From: Longivirga aurantiaca
Lineage (GTDB): Bacteria; Actinomycetota; Actinomycetes; S36-B12; CAIYMF01
Direction of reading: 5' to 3'
Assembly (NCBI RefSeq): GCF_042660085.1
Contig: NZ_JBHSTI010000008.1
Span: forward strand, 1,659,876 to 1,691,875
Length of the DNA: 32,000 bases
Made by a program: the position numbers and the translations under genes. The notes beneath the pieces are model-generated. The model was given only the letters and a program-made list of their open reading frames with translations. It had not been told where the DNA came from and ran no database searches. Numbering within the stretch: position 1 is the first letter of the stretch; each line of letters opens with the position of its first letter. This document shows positions 21,975-32,000 of this stretch, one piece after another.

Positions 21975-22961
21975 TCAGGACCGAGCGCGGGGATGCGCGA
22001 GCGCGTAGACCTCGCGCAGCCTGTCGACCGTCACCAGGGTGTAGATCTGGGTCGTCGTCACCGAGGCGTGCCCCAGGAGCTCCTGCACCACGCGCACGTC
22101 GGCCCCGCCGTCGAGCAGGTGCGTGGCGAAGCTGTGCCGCAGCGTGTGCGGCGAGACGTCCGCGGTGACCCCCGCGCGCTCGACCGCCGCGGCGAGCACC
22201 GTCCAGGCGCTCTGCCGCGTGAGCCGGCCCCCGCGGGCGTTGAGGAACAGCGCCGGGCTGCCCGTGCCGGCAGCCACGAGCACCGGACGGCCGCGCACGA
22301 GATAGGCCTCCACGGCTGCGACCGCCATCCGCCCGACGGGCACGAGGCGCTCCTTGGAGCCCTTCCCGCGCAGCAGCACAGAGGCGGAGTCGAGGTCGAG
22401 GTCGTCGACGTCGAGGCCGATCGCCTCGGAGATGCGCGCACCGGTGCCGTACAGCACCTCGAGCAGCGCCCGGTCGCGCAGCTCGCGGGCCGCGCCCTCT
22501 CCCCCGGCGGCGGCGAGGATGGCCTCGATCTCGGCGACCGAGATGGCCTTGGGCAGCTTGCGGGTCTGGCTGGGCGGCCGCACCTCCTTGCCCGGGTCCG
22601 AGGTGGTGAGGCCCTCCCGCGCGGCGAACCGGTGGAAGCCGCGCACGGCAACCACCGTGCGGCCCGCGCTCGAGGCGGCCAGGGGCCTGTGCTCGGCGTC
22701 GCCGGCTCGGAGCGCGAGGAGGAAGTCGCTGATGTCGGTCTCGGTCACCTGGTCGGGCTCGGTGATCCCGCGGGACGACGTCCAGGCGAGGTAGCGGGCG
22801 AGGTCGCGGCGGTAGGCGACCAGCGAGTTGGGGGCGAGACCGCGCTCCACCGCCAGGTGGTCGAGGTAGAGGGTGACGGCGCGGGCGAGGGCGGACGGCC
22901 GGGCCGGGGCCGCCTCGGTGACGTCGCCGACGGACTCACCGCCGTCCTGCTGGTCGCTCAC
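21975..22961 (-). CDS. xerD: Site-specific tyrosine recombinase XerD
   Basis: The N-terminal SAM-like domain ([23 protein letters not shown]) and catalytic residues (ARISE...[12 protein letters not shown]...[14 protein letters not shown]) are present. The GTG at 22961 is preferred because codons upstream of it are poor. Confidence 0.9.
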   Translation of the reverse strand: MSDQQDGGESVGDVTEAAPARPSALARAVTLYLDHLAVERGLAPNSLVAYRRDLARYLAWTSSRGITEPDQVTETDISDFLLALRAGDAEHRPLAASSAGRTVVAVRGFHRFAAREGLTTSDPGKEVRPPSQTRKLPKAISVAEIEAILAAAGGEGAARELRDRALLEVLYGTGARISEAIGLDVDDLDLDSASVLLRGKGSKERLVPVGRMAVAAVEAYLVRGRPVLVAAGTGSPALFLNARGGRLTRQSAWTVLAAAVERAGVTADVSPHTLRHSFATHLLDGGADVRVVQELLGHASVTTTQIYTLVTVDRLREVYALAHPRARS

Positions 22962-23118
22962 ATCACGACCGTACCTGACATAACGGACGACGGGCCGCGA
23001 CCACCCGTCCCCAGTGCGCGGCGGTGCGCGTGTCGTCCACATCGCGAACGGGCCCGAGCGTGGCCCGGTCGCAGCCTCCGGTCACGGTCCTCGCCACACC
23101 CCGACCCGAGGAGACCCC

Positions 23119-23901
23119 GTGAGCGACGCCCCTACACCGGACTCACCCGCCTGCCGTGCACCCCGACGACTGCGGCGCCCGCTGCTGATCGCCTCGGCCC
23201 TCGCCGCCGCCTTCCTCGTCACCATCGACGCGGCGTCGTTCGCCGCGACCGGCTCGGGCCTCGTCCTCGGCAGGGTCAACACCGCGTCTGCACCCACGAC
23301 CATCAGCAACGACGGCGCCGGCCCCGCCCTGCGGCTGACGACGTCGAGCAGCACCTCGGCGCCGTTCGCCACCAACGCCACCGGCAAGGTCGTCAACCTC
23401 CACGCGGACAAGCTCGACGGCATGGACGCCGCCGCCCTCGTCGCCGCCGCTCGGACGGCGGTGGACGCCGCGAAGCTCCAGGGCCGCACCGCGGCCGAGA
23501 TCGCCGCTTTGGCGCCGGTGCCGCGCTTCACCTTCGTGCGCACCAGCATCCGCCAGACCTCGAACCCGGGATGGCTGCCCGGAGCGCTGTCGTCGGACGG
23601 TGCTGCTCCGGGCACGTACCGCCTCACCGGAACGCTCATGGTGCCGTGCTCCCCCAGCAGCGCCTCGGGCTACCTGCTGGCACTTGCGGTCGTACGAAGC
23701 GCGATCGACGTGGACCCGGTCATCCTGCAGCGTCCGGTTGCCGCGACGCTCTGCGGCAAGCCCATCCCGATCGCCGAGACCGTCACGATGGACTCGGGCG
23801 CGCGGCTGCTGCTGCGGGTGCACGACATCGACGCCGGCGACCTCGTGAGCCTGCCGCTCTCCTTCGATCTGCGCGCCGTGCCCATCGGAGCAGCGCTCTG
23901 A
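23119..23901 (+). CDS. Secreted hypothetical protein (260 aa) with an Arg-rich signal peptide
   Basis: GAGGAG Shine-Dalgarno 5 nt before the GTG at 23119. The signal is RRLRRPLLIASALAAAFLVTIDAASFAA. An internal segment, VVNLHADKLDGMDAAAL, recalls a motif seen in tail-fibre-like secreted proteins (recollection only). Confidence 0.65.
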   Translation: MSDAPTPDSPACRAPRRLRRPLLIASALAAAFLVTIDAASFAATGSGLVLGRVNTASAPTTISNDGAGPALRLTTSSSTSAPFATNATGKVVNLHADKLDGMDAAALVAAARTAVDAAKLQGRTAAEIAALAPVPRFTFVRTSIRQTSNPGWLPGALSSDGAAPGTYRLTGTLMVPCSPSSASGYLLALAVVRSAIDVDPVILQRPVAATLCGKPIPIAETVTMDSGARLLLRVHDIDAGDLVSLPLSFDLRAVPIGAAL

Positions 23902-23912
23902 GCGGCGATGCG

Positions 23913-23948
23913 CGACGGGCCGGCTCCCGTGAGGGAGCCGGCCCGTCG
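23913..23948. terminator. Bidirectional terminator hairpin between convergent genes (16-bp stem, GTGA loop)
   Basis: CGACGGGCCGGCTCCC-GTGA-GGGAGCCGGCCCGTCG. Confidence 0.7.
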
Positions 23949-23964
23949 TCGGGCGTGATGCGGG

Positions 23965-25083
23965 TCAGGCGAGGACCGACTCCAGCGTGGTGGCGGGGAG
24001 GTCGGGGAACGCCTCGGCCACGGCGCCGTAGGTGATCTGGCCGGCGTGGGTGTTGAGGCCGAGCGCGAGCGACGTGTCGTCCGCCAGCGCCTTCTTCCAG
24101 CCCTTGTTCGCGAGCGCCACGGCGTACGGCAGCGTCACGTTGGTGAGCGCGTACGTCGAGGTGTTCGGCACCGCACCCGGCATGTTCGCGACGCAGTAGA
24201 AGACCGAGTTGTGCACGGCGTACGTCGGGTCCGCGTGCGTGGTGGGGCGCGAGTCCTCGAAGCAGCCGCCCTGGTCGATGGCGATGTCGACGAGGACCGA
24301 TCCCGGCTTCATCCGCGACACGAGCTCGTTGCTGATGAGCTTGGGGGCCTTGGCGCCGGGGACGAGCACCGCGCCGATGACCAGGTCGGCGTCGAGGACG
24401 GCGCGCTCGATCTCGAACGAGTTCGACGCGATCGTCTGCACGTGACCCTGGTAGATCGCGTCCATCTGGCGGAGGCGGGCGATGTTGAGGTCGAGCAGGA
24501 GCACCTCGGCCTGCATGCCGAGCGCGATCGCCGCGGCGTTCTGGCCGGAGACGCCACCACCGAGGACGACGACCTTCGCGGCGTAGGTGCCGGACACGCC
24601 GCCCATGAGCACGCCACGGCCGCCGTTGGCGCGCATGAGCGCGTGGGCACCGACCTGCGGGGCGAGCCGGCCGGCCACCTCGGACATCGGCGCGAGCAGC
24701 GGCAGCGAGCGGTCGGGCAGCTCGACGGTCTCGTAGGCGATCGCGGTGACGCCGTTGTTGATGAGCGCCTCGGTGCAGGCGCGGCCCGCGGCGAGGTGCA
24801 GGTAGGTGAAGAGGGTCTGGCCCGAGCGCATGCGGTGGTACTCCTCCGCGACGGGCTCCTTCACCTTGAGGATGAGGTCGCCGGTCGCCCAGACGTCGTC
24901 CGCCGTGGGGAGGATGGTCGCGCCCGCGGCGACGTACTCGTCGTCGGTGATCGAGGAGCCGACACCTGCGTCGTGCTCGATGTAGACCTCGTGGCCGTTC
25001 TTCACGAGCTCGAACACGCCGGCCGGGGTGATGGCCACGCGGTACTCGTGGTTCTTGACCTCGCGGGGGATTCCGACCTTCAC
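23965..25083 (-). CDS. ald: L-alanine dehydrogenase
   Basis: [23 protein letters not shown]..., the NAD-binding motif [14 protein letters not shown], and the C-terminal [16 protein letters not shown]. The GTG at 25083 is preceded by GGAGG. Confidence 0.95.
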   Translation of the reverse strand: MKVGIPREVKNHEYRVAITPAGVFELVKNGHEVYIEHDAGVGSSITDDEYVAAGATILPTADDVWATGDLILKVKEPVAEEYHRMRSGQTLFTYLHLAAGRACTEALINNGVTAIAYETVELPDRSLPLLAPMSEVAGRLAPQVGAHALMRANGGRGVLMGGVSGTYAAKVVVLGGGVSGQNAAAIALGMQAEVLLLDLNIARLRQMDAIYQGHVQTIASNSFEIERAVLDADLVIGAVLVPGAKAPKLISNELVSRMKPGSVLVDIAIDQGGCFEDSRPTTHADPTYAVHNSVFYCVANMPGAVPNTSTYALTNVTLPYAVALANKGWKKALADDTSLALGLNTHAGQITYGAVAEAFPDLPATTLESVLA

Positions 25084-25181
25084 GACATGCCTCCGATGCG
25101 CTGATTGCTCCTGCGGAGGATGATGAAGCCAGAGCCGCAACTCGGGTAGTTCGGGTGCAGTTCGTTCGGTACATTACGTCC

Positions 25182-25697
25182 ATGCCCGAACCACGTTCGA
25201 AGAAGCCGGTCAAGCGCCCCACACCCTCGAATCCGGTGCAGAAGCCTCTCGACGCCGTCGACCGGGAGATCCTCTCCGAGCTCGTCCGCGAGGGGCGCCT
25301 GCCCAACAACGTGCTCGCCGAGCGCCTCGGCATCGCGCCCTCGACCTGCCTCATGCGCACCCAGAACCTCGTGAAGAGGGGCGTGATCCGCGGTTTCCGG
25401 GCCGACGTCGACCACGCGAAGGTCGGCGCGGGTCTGCAGGCGATGGTGTCGGTTCGGGTGCGACCCGGCGCGCGGGGGGCGCTGCTCGAGTTCGGCAAGC
25501 GCCTCGCGCACGAGCCCGGCGTGCTCAACGTCTACTTCGTCGCCGGGGCGTTCGACTTCCTCGTGCACGTGGCAGCGTCGGACTCCGAGGGCCTGCGCGA
25601 CTTCGTCACCCAGAACCTGTCGGCGCGGCCGGAGACGGAGTCGACCCAGACCAGCCTGGTGTTCGAGCACTTCCCCGGCGCGGGGATCCCGCTGTAG
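25182..25697 (+). CDS. Lrp/AsnC-family transcriptional regulator, divergent from ald (AldR-like arrangement)
   Basis: LDAVDREILSELVREGRLPNNVLAERLGIAPSTCLMRTQNLVKRGVIRGF (HTH) plus a C-terminal RAM/AsnC domain. The ATG at 25182 is preferred over the GTG at 25155. Confidence 0.88.
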   Translation: MPEPRSKKPVKRPTPSNPVQKPLDAVDREILSELVREGRLPNNVLAERLGIAPSTCLMRTQNLVKRGVIRGFRADVDHAKVGAGLQAMVSVRVRPGARGALLEFGKRLAHEPGVLNVYFVAGAFDFLVHVAASDSEGLRDFVTQNLSARPETESTQTSLVFEHFPGAGIPL

Positions 25698-25698
25698 C

Positions 25699-26403
25699 TC
25701 AGGAGGAGCGGTAGATCCGGGCGCGGCCTGATCCGGCGACCCGCTCCCGCGCGGGCCACGCGGCGTCGGCCGCGCGCAGCGTCGACCAGCCGGCCGAGCG
25801 CGCCGCGAGCGCGGCAAGGGTGGCCGCGACCGTCAGCGGTGCGGTGAGCCGACCGGCGAGCACCGCGAGCACAGCCTCCTCGAGCGGCACCCACGCGACC
25901 GGCAGGTCGCGCTCCTCGCCGTCCCCCGGCGGTCGGCCGCCCGGCGCGGGCGCGAGGTCGCGCGCGAGGTAGCACCGGATCGTCTCGCTCGATCCGCCCG
26001 GCGAGTTCTCCAGATCCACGAGCACGTCCCAGCGCGCGGCGACGAGCCCCGCCTCCTCGACGAGCTCTCGGGCGGCGCCCGCCTGCGGCGACTCGTCGGC
26101 GACGTCGAGCAGCCCGGCGACCGGCTCCCACAGCGACATGCCGACGGGGTGGCGGTACTGCCGGATGAGGAGCACGCGGTCGTGGTCGTCGAGGGCGAGG
26201 ACGCCGACGGCGCCCGGGTGCTGCACGAACTCGCGACGGACGGTCTGCCCGTCACCGAGGTCGACGGTGTCGCGGCGCAGGTCCCACACCATCCCGGCGT
26301 GGATCAGCTCGGTCTCGAGGAGGGCGCGCTCGTCGACCTCGTCGGTCAGCGACGACGGGTCGCCCGGCCACGTCGGCGGCAGGACGTACGGGGCCTCGCT
26401 CAC
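25699..26403 (-). CDS. Nudix hydrolase (ADP-ribose pyrophosphatase-like)
   Basis: Nudix box ESPQAGAARELVEEAGL. The GTG at 26403 is 4 nt after the pyrG stop. The stop is 1 nt from the convergent lrp stop. Confidence 0.85.
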   Translation of the reverse strand: MSEAPYVLPPTWPGDPSSLTDEVDERALLETELIHAGMVWDLRRDTVDLGDGQTVRREFVQHPGAVGVLALDDHDRVLLIRQYRHPVGMSLWEPVAGLLDVADESPQAGAARELVEEAGLVAARWDVLVDLENSPGGSSETIRCYLARDLAPAPGGRPPGDGEERDLPVAWVPLEEAVLAVLAGRLTAPLTVAATLAALAARSAGWSTLRAADAAWPARERVAGSGRARIYRSS

Positions 26404-26407
26404 GCCG

Positions 26408-28066
<1,659 letters not shown>

Positions 28067-28246
28067 GGGGGTCCAGGCTATCAGGGGGCCGCCGACGGTC
28101 CGACCGTCTCCGGGACCGACGGCGTGTCTGCGCCCGGAACGGTCGCGGGGAGCGCGTCGGGGGCCGGGGTGGACGTGCCCGTTGGGGTCGGTGTGACGGA
28201 TGTGCCGGTCGGAGCGGGTGACGCGGAGGTCGTCGTCGGACCGGGC

Positions 28247-28278
28247 GTCGGCGAGTCGGCGTGTCGGCGTGTCGGCGA
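28247..28278. repeat. Four tandem copies of the octamer GTCGGCG(A/T) in the pyrG upstream region
   Basis: GTCGGCGA GTCGGCGT GTCGGCGT GTCGGCGA, contiguous. An 8-nt period is incompatible with codon periodicity. Confidence 0.85.
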
Positions 28279-28438
28279 GCATCCCGCCGACCTGCAGCGT
28301 CGCCCGCGCGCAGTACCGCGCCATGTACGGCGTGACGGTCCGCGGCATGCGACGAGCGCGCGGGCGGGACGACCGAGCATCCGCCGAGCTACGAGACGGC
28401 GGGGCGGTCGGTCATGCGCCGTCCGGTGCATGGTGGGG

Positions 28439-30142
28439 CTAGACCCGGGCGAGCTCCTCGCGCAGGACCGAGAGGCCCACCGATCCCAGCGCCAGCGCCC
28501 GCATGTGCCAGGCCTTGAGGTCGAACGACTCCCCTGCTGCGGCCTGGGCGTCTGCGCGCGCGGCGAGCCACTCACGCTCCCCGACCTTGTAGCAGATGGC
28601 CTGGCCGGGCAGCCCGAGATAGCGGTCGATCTCGCTGGCCGCGAAGGCCGGCGTCTGCAGGCCGCGCACCCGCAGGAAGTCGCGTGCGATGTCGGCGTCC
28701 CAGACCCGGCCGCGCGGATCGGCGGCCAGGCCCTCGACGAGCACCGGGTCGATGTCGGCGGGGATCGCGAGGCCCAGGTGCAGGCCGATGTCGATCACCA
28801 CGCGGGCGGCGCGCAGCGCCTGGTTGGAGAGGTAGCCCAGCTCGGTCGCGGCCTCGGAGAAGTAGCCGAGCTCGTCCATGAGCCGCTCGGCGTACAGCGC
28901 CCAGCCCTCGCCGTTGCCGGAGATGAACTCCATCCGCTGGAACCGCGAGAGCCGGTCGGTCTGGGTCTTCACGTAGCCGAGCTGCAGGTGGTGGCCCGGA
29001 ACGGCCTCGTGGTACCAGACCGACAGGAGCCACCACTTCCGGAACGAGGTGTCGACCACCGGCAGCCAGGTGCGGCCAGGGCGGCTGAAGTCCTCGCTCG
29101 GTGCGGTGTAGTACGGCGCTGCCGCGGCGCCGGCGGGCGCCAGCATCGCCTCGCACCGCAGCATCTGGTCGGGGATGTCGAAGTACGTGCCGTTGAACGA
29201 CGCGGTCGTCCCGTCGGTGACCTGCTGCAGCCAGGCGCGGGCGTCCTCGGCGCCCTCGATCGTCCACTCGGGGTCGGCGTCGAGGCGTTCCATCGCCTCG
29301 AACGGGGTCACCCCGCCGTAGAGGCGGGCGGCGCAGTCGTTCATGCGCCGGGTGATCTCGGCGAGGTCGGCCCAGCCCCAGGCGTACGTCTCCTGCGGGT
29401 CGATGTCGGTGCCGCTGTAGACGCGCGCCATCGTGCGGTAGACGTCGGCACCGACGCCGTCCTCGTCGACCGCGGCGTCGGCGTACGTGCCGCGCATCCA
29501 GTCGGCGAGGTCGGCGTACGCCGCCGTGGCGGCGGCTGCGGACGCCTCGAGCCGCGCGCGCAGCGCGTCGTCGTCGCCGGCGTAGCCCGCGACGTAGGTG
29601 CCGAACCAGGGCGTGGGCTCCGTGCCGGCCGAGGCCTCCCTCCCGGCGCACACCGCCGCCATCTGCGCCGCCCCGAGCACCTGCCGGCGCGCGGGCAGCA
29701 CGCCCTCGGCGATCCCCGCCTCGTACGCCTCGCGCAGGCCGGCGAGCGCGCCCGGCACCTGCTCGAGGCGGGCGGCGATGACGGCCCAGTCGGCGTCGTC
29801 CGCCGTCGGCATCATCGTGAACACGTTGCGGTTGTGCTGCACCGGGCAGCCGAGCACGTTGACGTCGCGCAGGTGCAGCCGCAGGTCGTGGACCGCGAGC
29901 CGCGACTCGAGCCGCTCGCGCATCACGGCGACCGCGAGCCGGTCGTCGTCGTTCTCGACCGGCAGCGTGTCGAGCTCGGCCAGCCAGCCGCGCGCCTGCT
30001 CGGCGCGGGCGTCGTACGCCGCGGGCGACTGATCGGTGAGCAGGTGGTCGAACCCGGGCACGCCCATGTACGTGGCGAAGATCGGGTGCCCTGCGGCCGT
30101 CCCGTCGACGATGCGGGACGCGAGGTCGAACACCTGGCTCAT
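28439..30142 (-). CDS. DUF885-family protein (putative metallopeptidase-like, HExxGH)
   Basis: 567 aa. WYHEAVPGHHLQ contains HEAVPGH, and GEGWALYAERLM lies downstream, which is typical of DUF885 as I recall it. ATGA overlap with the recN stop. Confidence 0.8.
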   Translation of the reverse strand: MSQVFDLASRIVDGTAAGHPIFATYMGVPGFDHLLTDQSPAAYDARAEQARGWLAELDTLPVENDDDRLAVAVMRERLESRLAVHDLRLHLRDVNVLGCPVQHNRNVFTMMPTADDADWAVIAARLEQVPGALAGLREAYEAGIAEGVLPARRQVLGAAQMAAVCAGREASAGTEPTPWFGTYVAGYAGDDDALRARLEASAAAATAAYADLADWMRGTYADAAVDEDGVGADVYRTMARVYSGTDIDPQETYAWGWADLAEITRRMNDCAARLYGGVTPFEAMERLDADPEWTIEGAEDARAWLQQVTDGTTASFNGTYFDIPDQMLRCEAMLAPAGAAAAPYYTAPSEDFSRPGRTWLPVVDTSFRKWWLLSVWYHEAVPGHHLQLGYVKTQTDRLSRFQRMEFISGNGEGWALYAERLMDELGYFSEAATELGYLSNQALRAARVVIDIGLHLGLAIPADIDPVLVEGLAADPRGRVWDADIARDFLRVRGLQTPAFAASEIDRYLGLPGQAICYKVGEREWLAARADAQAAAGESFDLKAWHMRALALGSVGLSVLREELARV

Positions 30143-31932
30143 GCGGTGGCCTTCTTCCGGGACGACGGGCGGGCTGGGCTCGCGATCTGCGCCGCGCGTT
30201 CGGCGGCGGCGAGGTCGAGCAGCTCCTGGGCGTGGGCGGCGGCGGACGCCGACCCCTCGAGACCCGCGAGCATCCGGCCGAGCTCGCGCACGCGCTCGGC
30301 ATCGTCGAGCACGGTGAGACCCGAGGTGGTGACGCTGCCGTCGTCGCTCTTGACGACCACGACGTGCCTGTCGGCGAACGCCGCGACCTGCGGCAGATGC
30401 GTGACGACGACGACCTGCGCGGAGCGGGCGAGCCGCGCGAGGCGGCGTCCGACCTCGACCGCGGCGCGGCCACCGACACCGGCGTCGACCTCGTCGAACA
30501 CCAGCGTCGGCACCGACTCCGATCCTGCGAACACGACCTCGACGCCGAGCATCACGCGGGAGAGCTCGCCGCCGCTCGCGCCCTTCGCGATCGGTCGGGC
30601 CGGCGCGCCGGTGTGCGGACACAGCAGCAGCTCGACCTCGTCGACGCCGGAGGGCCCGAAGGCCAGCCGTCGGGTGGCGCCGCCGATCTCGACGTCGATG
30701 CCGTCCGGGTGCTCGAGGTGCCGCACGTCGACCGAGAGCACCGCGTGCGGCATCGCGAGCTCGGCGAGCTCGGAGGTCACCAGCGCCGAGAACCGCACCG
30801 CGGCCTCCGACCGCGCCGCCGACACGGCGGCGGCGAGCCGTCCGAGCTCTGCGCGCAGCCGATCGCGCTCCGCGGTCAGAGCCCCGACCTGCTCGTCGTC
30901 CGCATCGAGCGTGAGCAGGCGGCCCGCGGCCTCCTCGGCCCAGGCCAGCACGTCGTCGACCGTGGCGCCGTACTTGCGGGTCAGCCCGCCCAGCGCGGCC
31001 CGCCGGTCCTCCACCGCAGCGAGGCGCAGCGGATCGCTCTCGACCCCTGCGGCGTACGACGCCAGCTCGGCGGCGACGTCGGCGAGCGCGGCCGAGGCGT
31101 CGGCGAGGCGGTCGGCGAGCGAGCCGAGCTCGGAGTCGTGCTCGCGCTGCGCGTCGAGCGCGCGCCGCGCGGCGGACACGAGCGCGATGGCGTCGACCTC
31201 CGACGCGGCGCCGTCCTCGGACCGCAGCGCCGCATGGGCCTCCGACGCCGCCTCGCGCAACGACTCGGCGTGCCCCAGACGTGACGACTCGGCAGCGAGC
31301 GACTCCCCCTCGGCGGGCTGCGGGGCCACCGACTCGATCTCGGCGAGACCGTGCCGCAGCAGATCGGCCTCCTGCGCGCGCTCCCGGGCGTGCGCGGTGA
31401 TCTCGGCCAGCTCGGCCTCGACCGCGCGCAGCCGGTCGTACGCGGCCCGGTACTGCCCGCGCGGCACCAGCACGGCGTCGCCGGCGAACCGGTCGAGCGC
31501 GCCGCGCTGGCGCGCCGGGGCCAGCAGCCGCTGCTGGTCGCTCTGCCCGTGCACGGCCACGAGGTCGTCGGCGAGCTCGGCCAGGACCGACGCCGGCACC
31601 GATCGGCCGCCGAGGAACGCTCGGCTGCGACCCTCGCCCGCCACGGTGCGGGCGATGACCAGCGCGCCGTCGTCGAGGTCTCCCCCGGCGTCGGCGACGC
31701 GGTCGACGACGCGCTGCTCGCGCACCCGGAACCGGCCCTCGACCTCGGCTCGCTCGGTGCCCGGCCGGACGACGCCGGCATCGGCCTTGCCGCCGAGCAG
31801 CAGGCCGAGCCCGCTGAGCACCAACGTCTTGCCCGCCCCCGTCTCACCGGTGAGCGCGGTGAAGCCGGCGTGCGGCTCCACCACGGCGTCGTCGATGACG
31901 CCGAGGCCGCGGATCCGGATCTCCTCGATCAC
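30139..31932 (-). CDS. recN: DNA repair protein RecN
   Basis: MIEEIRIRGLGVIDDA...LTGETGAGKT (Walker A), long coiled coils, and the C-terminal ASGGELSRVMLG...LVFDEVDAGVGG. Confidence 0.95.
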   Translation of the reverse strand: MIEEIRIRGLGVIDDAVVEPHAGFTALTGETGAGKTLVLSGLGLLLGGKADAGVVRPGTERAEVEGRFRVREQRVVDRVADAGGDLDDGALVIARTVAGEGRSRAFLGGRSVPASVLAELADDLVAVHGQSDQQRLLAPARQRGALDRFAGDAVLVPRGQYRAAYDRLRAVEAELAEITAHARERAQEADLLRHGLAEIESVAPQPAEGESLAAESSRLGHAESLREAASEAHAALRSEDGAASEVDAIALVSAARRALDAQREHDSELGSLADRLADASAALADVAAELASYAAGVESDPLRLAAVEDRRAALGGLTRKYGATVDDVLAWAEEAAGRLLTLDADDEQVGALTAERDRLRAELGRLAAAVSAARSEAAVRFSALVTSELAELAMPHAVLSVDVRHLEHPDGIDVEIGGATRRLAFGPSGVDEVELLLCPHTGAPARPIAKGASGGELSRVMLGVEVVFAGSESVPTLVFDEVDAGVGGRAAVEVGRRLARLARSAQVVVVTHLPQVAAFADRHVVVVKSDDGSVTTSGLTVLDDAERVRELGRMLAGLEGSASAAAHAQELLDLAAAERAAQIASPARPSSRKKATA

Positions 31933-32000
31933 CCGCGCGTGCCTCGCCAGCCGTCGACGGGGAGGGCGAACTTCGCGACGAGCCGGTCGGTGAACGGCTT
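31929..32000 (-). CDS. nadK: NAD kinase, C-terminal 23 codons only (truncated by the window edge)
   Basis: It translates to KPFTDRLVAKFALPVDGWRGTRG*, matching the conserved PpnK C-terminus (PFTDRLV.KF.LPV.GWRG, from memory). GTGA overlap with the recN start. Confidence 0.7.
   Translation of the reverse strand, partial: KPFTDRLVAKFALPVDGWRGTRG

Noticed and set aside
28067-28348. Annotating a 94-aa N-terminal extension of PyrG from the ATG at 28348, or a separate Pro/Thr-rich ORF in the 28081 frame
   Set aside because: The conserved PyrG N-terminus begins a few residues before KHLFVTGG. The extension contains 8-nt tandem repeats, and its composition is atypical for a folded domain. I kept it as an open question in the findings rather than as a feature.

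Overview
High-GC actinobacterial chromosomal segment. I judged the GC content by eye at roughly 70-75% and did not count it. I recognise 31 protein genes with moderate to high confidence, one tRNA-Pro(GGG) and several strong hairpin terminators. There is no rRNA, CRISPR array, transposase or integrase.

Most of the window is a minus-strand housekeeping backbone. From memory, its order parallels two M. tuberculosis blocks, Rv1822-1826 and Rv1695-1713.
- Left block: membrane protein, pgsA-type phosphatidyltransferase, DUF881, sbp, DUF881, gcvH.
- Right block, running from the right edge leftwards: nadK (partial), recN, DUF885, pyrG, Nudix, xerD, ParA-like ATPase plus small RHH-like protein, scpA, scpB, rluB, aroH-type chorismate mutase, tyrA, cmk, plsC, der, tRNA-Pro.
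- Many gene junctions are 1- or 4-nt start/stop overlaps (ATGA, GTGA or TGATG).

Between the two blocks lies a less conserved stretch (4.2-12.3 kb). It holds an ECF sigma/anti-sigma pair, a DUF4331 - TPR - RcnA/NicO-like permease operon, a beta-propeller-like protein, a K+ channel and an HD-domain protein. An ald / Lrp-AsnC divergent pair and a secreted hypothetical protein sit at 23-25.7 kb.

The most interesting signals are these:
1. The ECF-linked DUF4331/TPR/NicO module is a candidate uncharacterised envelope metal system. Both of its secreted domains are predicted to mature with an N-terminal His.
2. A chromosomal ParA-like ATPase is translationally coupled to a small ribbon-helix-helix-like protein.
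3. Five exact copies of the palindrome TGTCGACA, plus three degenerate copies, occur only in non-coding spacers or at gene starts between 15.5 and 21.8 kb around that ParA/RHH pair.
4. A 12-mer, GCAGGTCAGAGG, recurs 4-15 nt beyond three minus-strand stop codons.
5. There are unusually long structured spacers: 506 bp between rluB and aroH, 261 bp between tyrA and cmk, and 372 bp upstream of pyrG. There are also local rare-codon patches inside tyrA, parA and scpB.
6. A 13-nt duplicate of the tRNA-Pro 3' end looks like an att-type scar.

All functional calls come from reading the translated ORFs and recalling family motifs. No database search was run.
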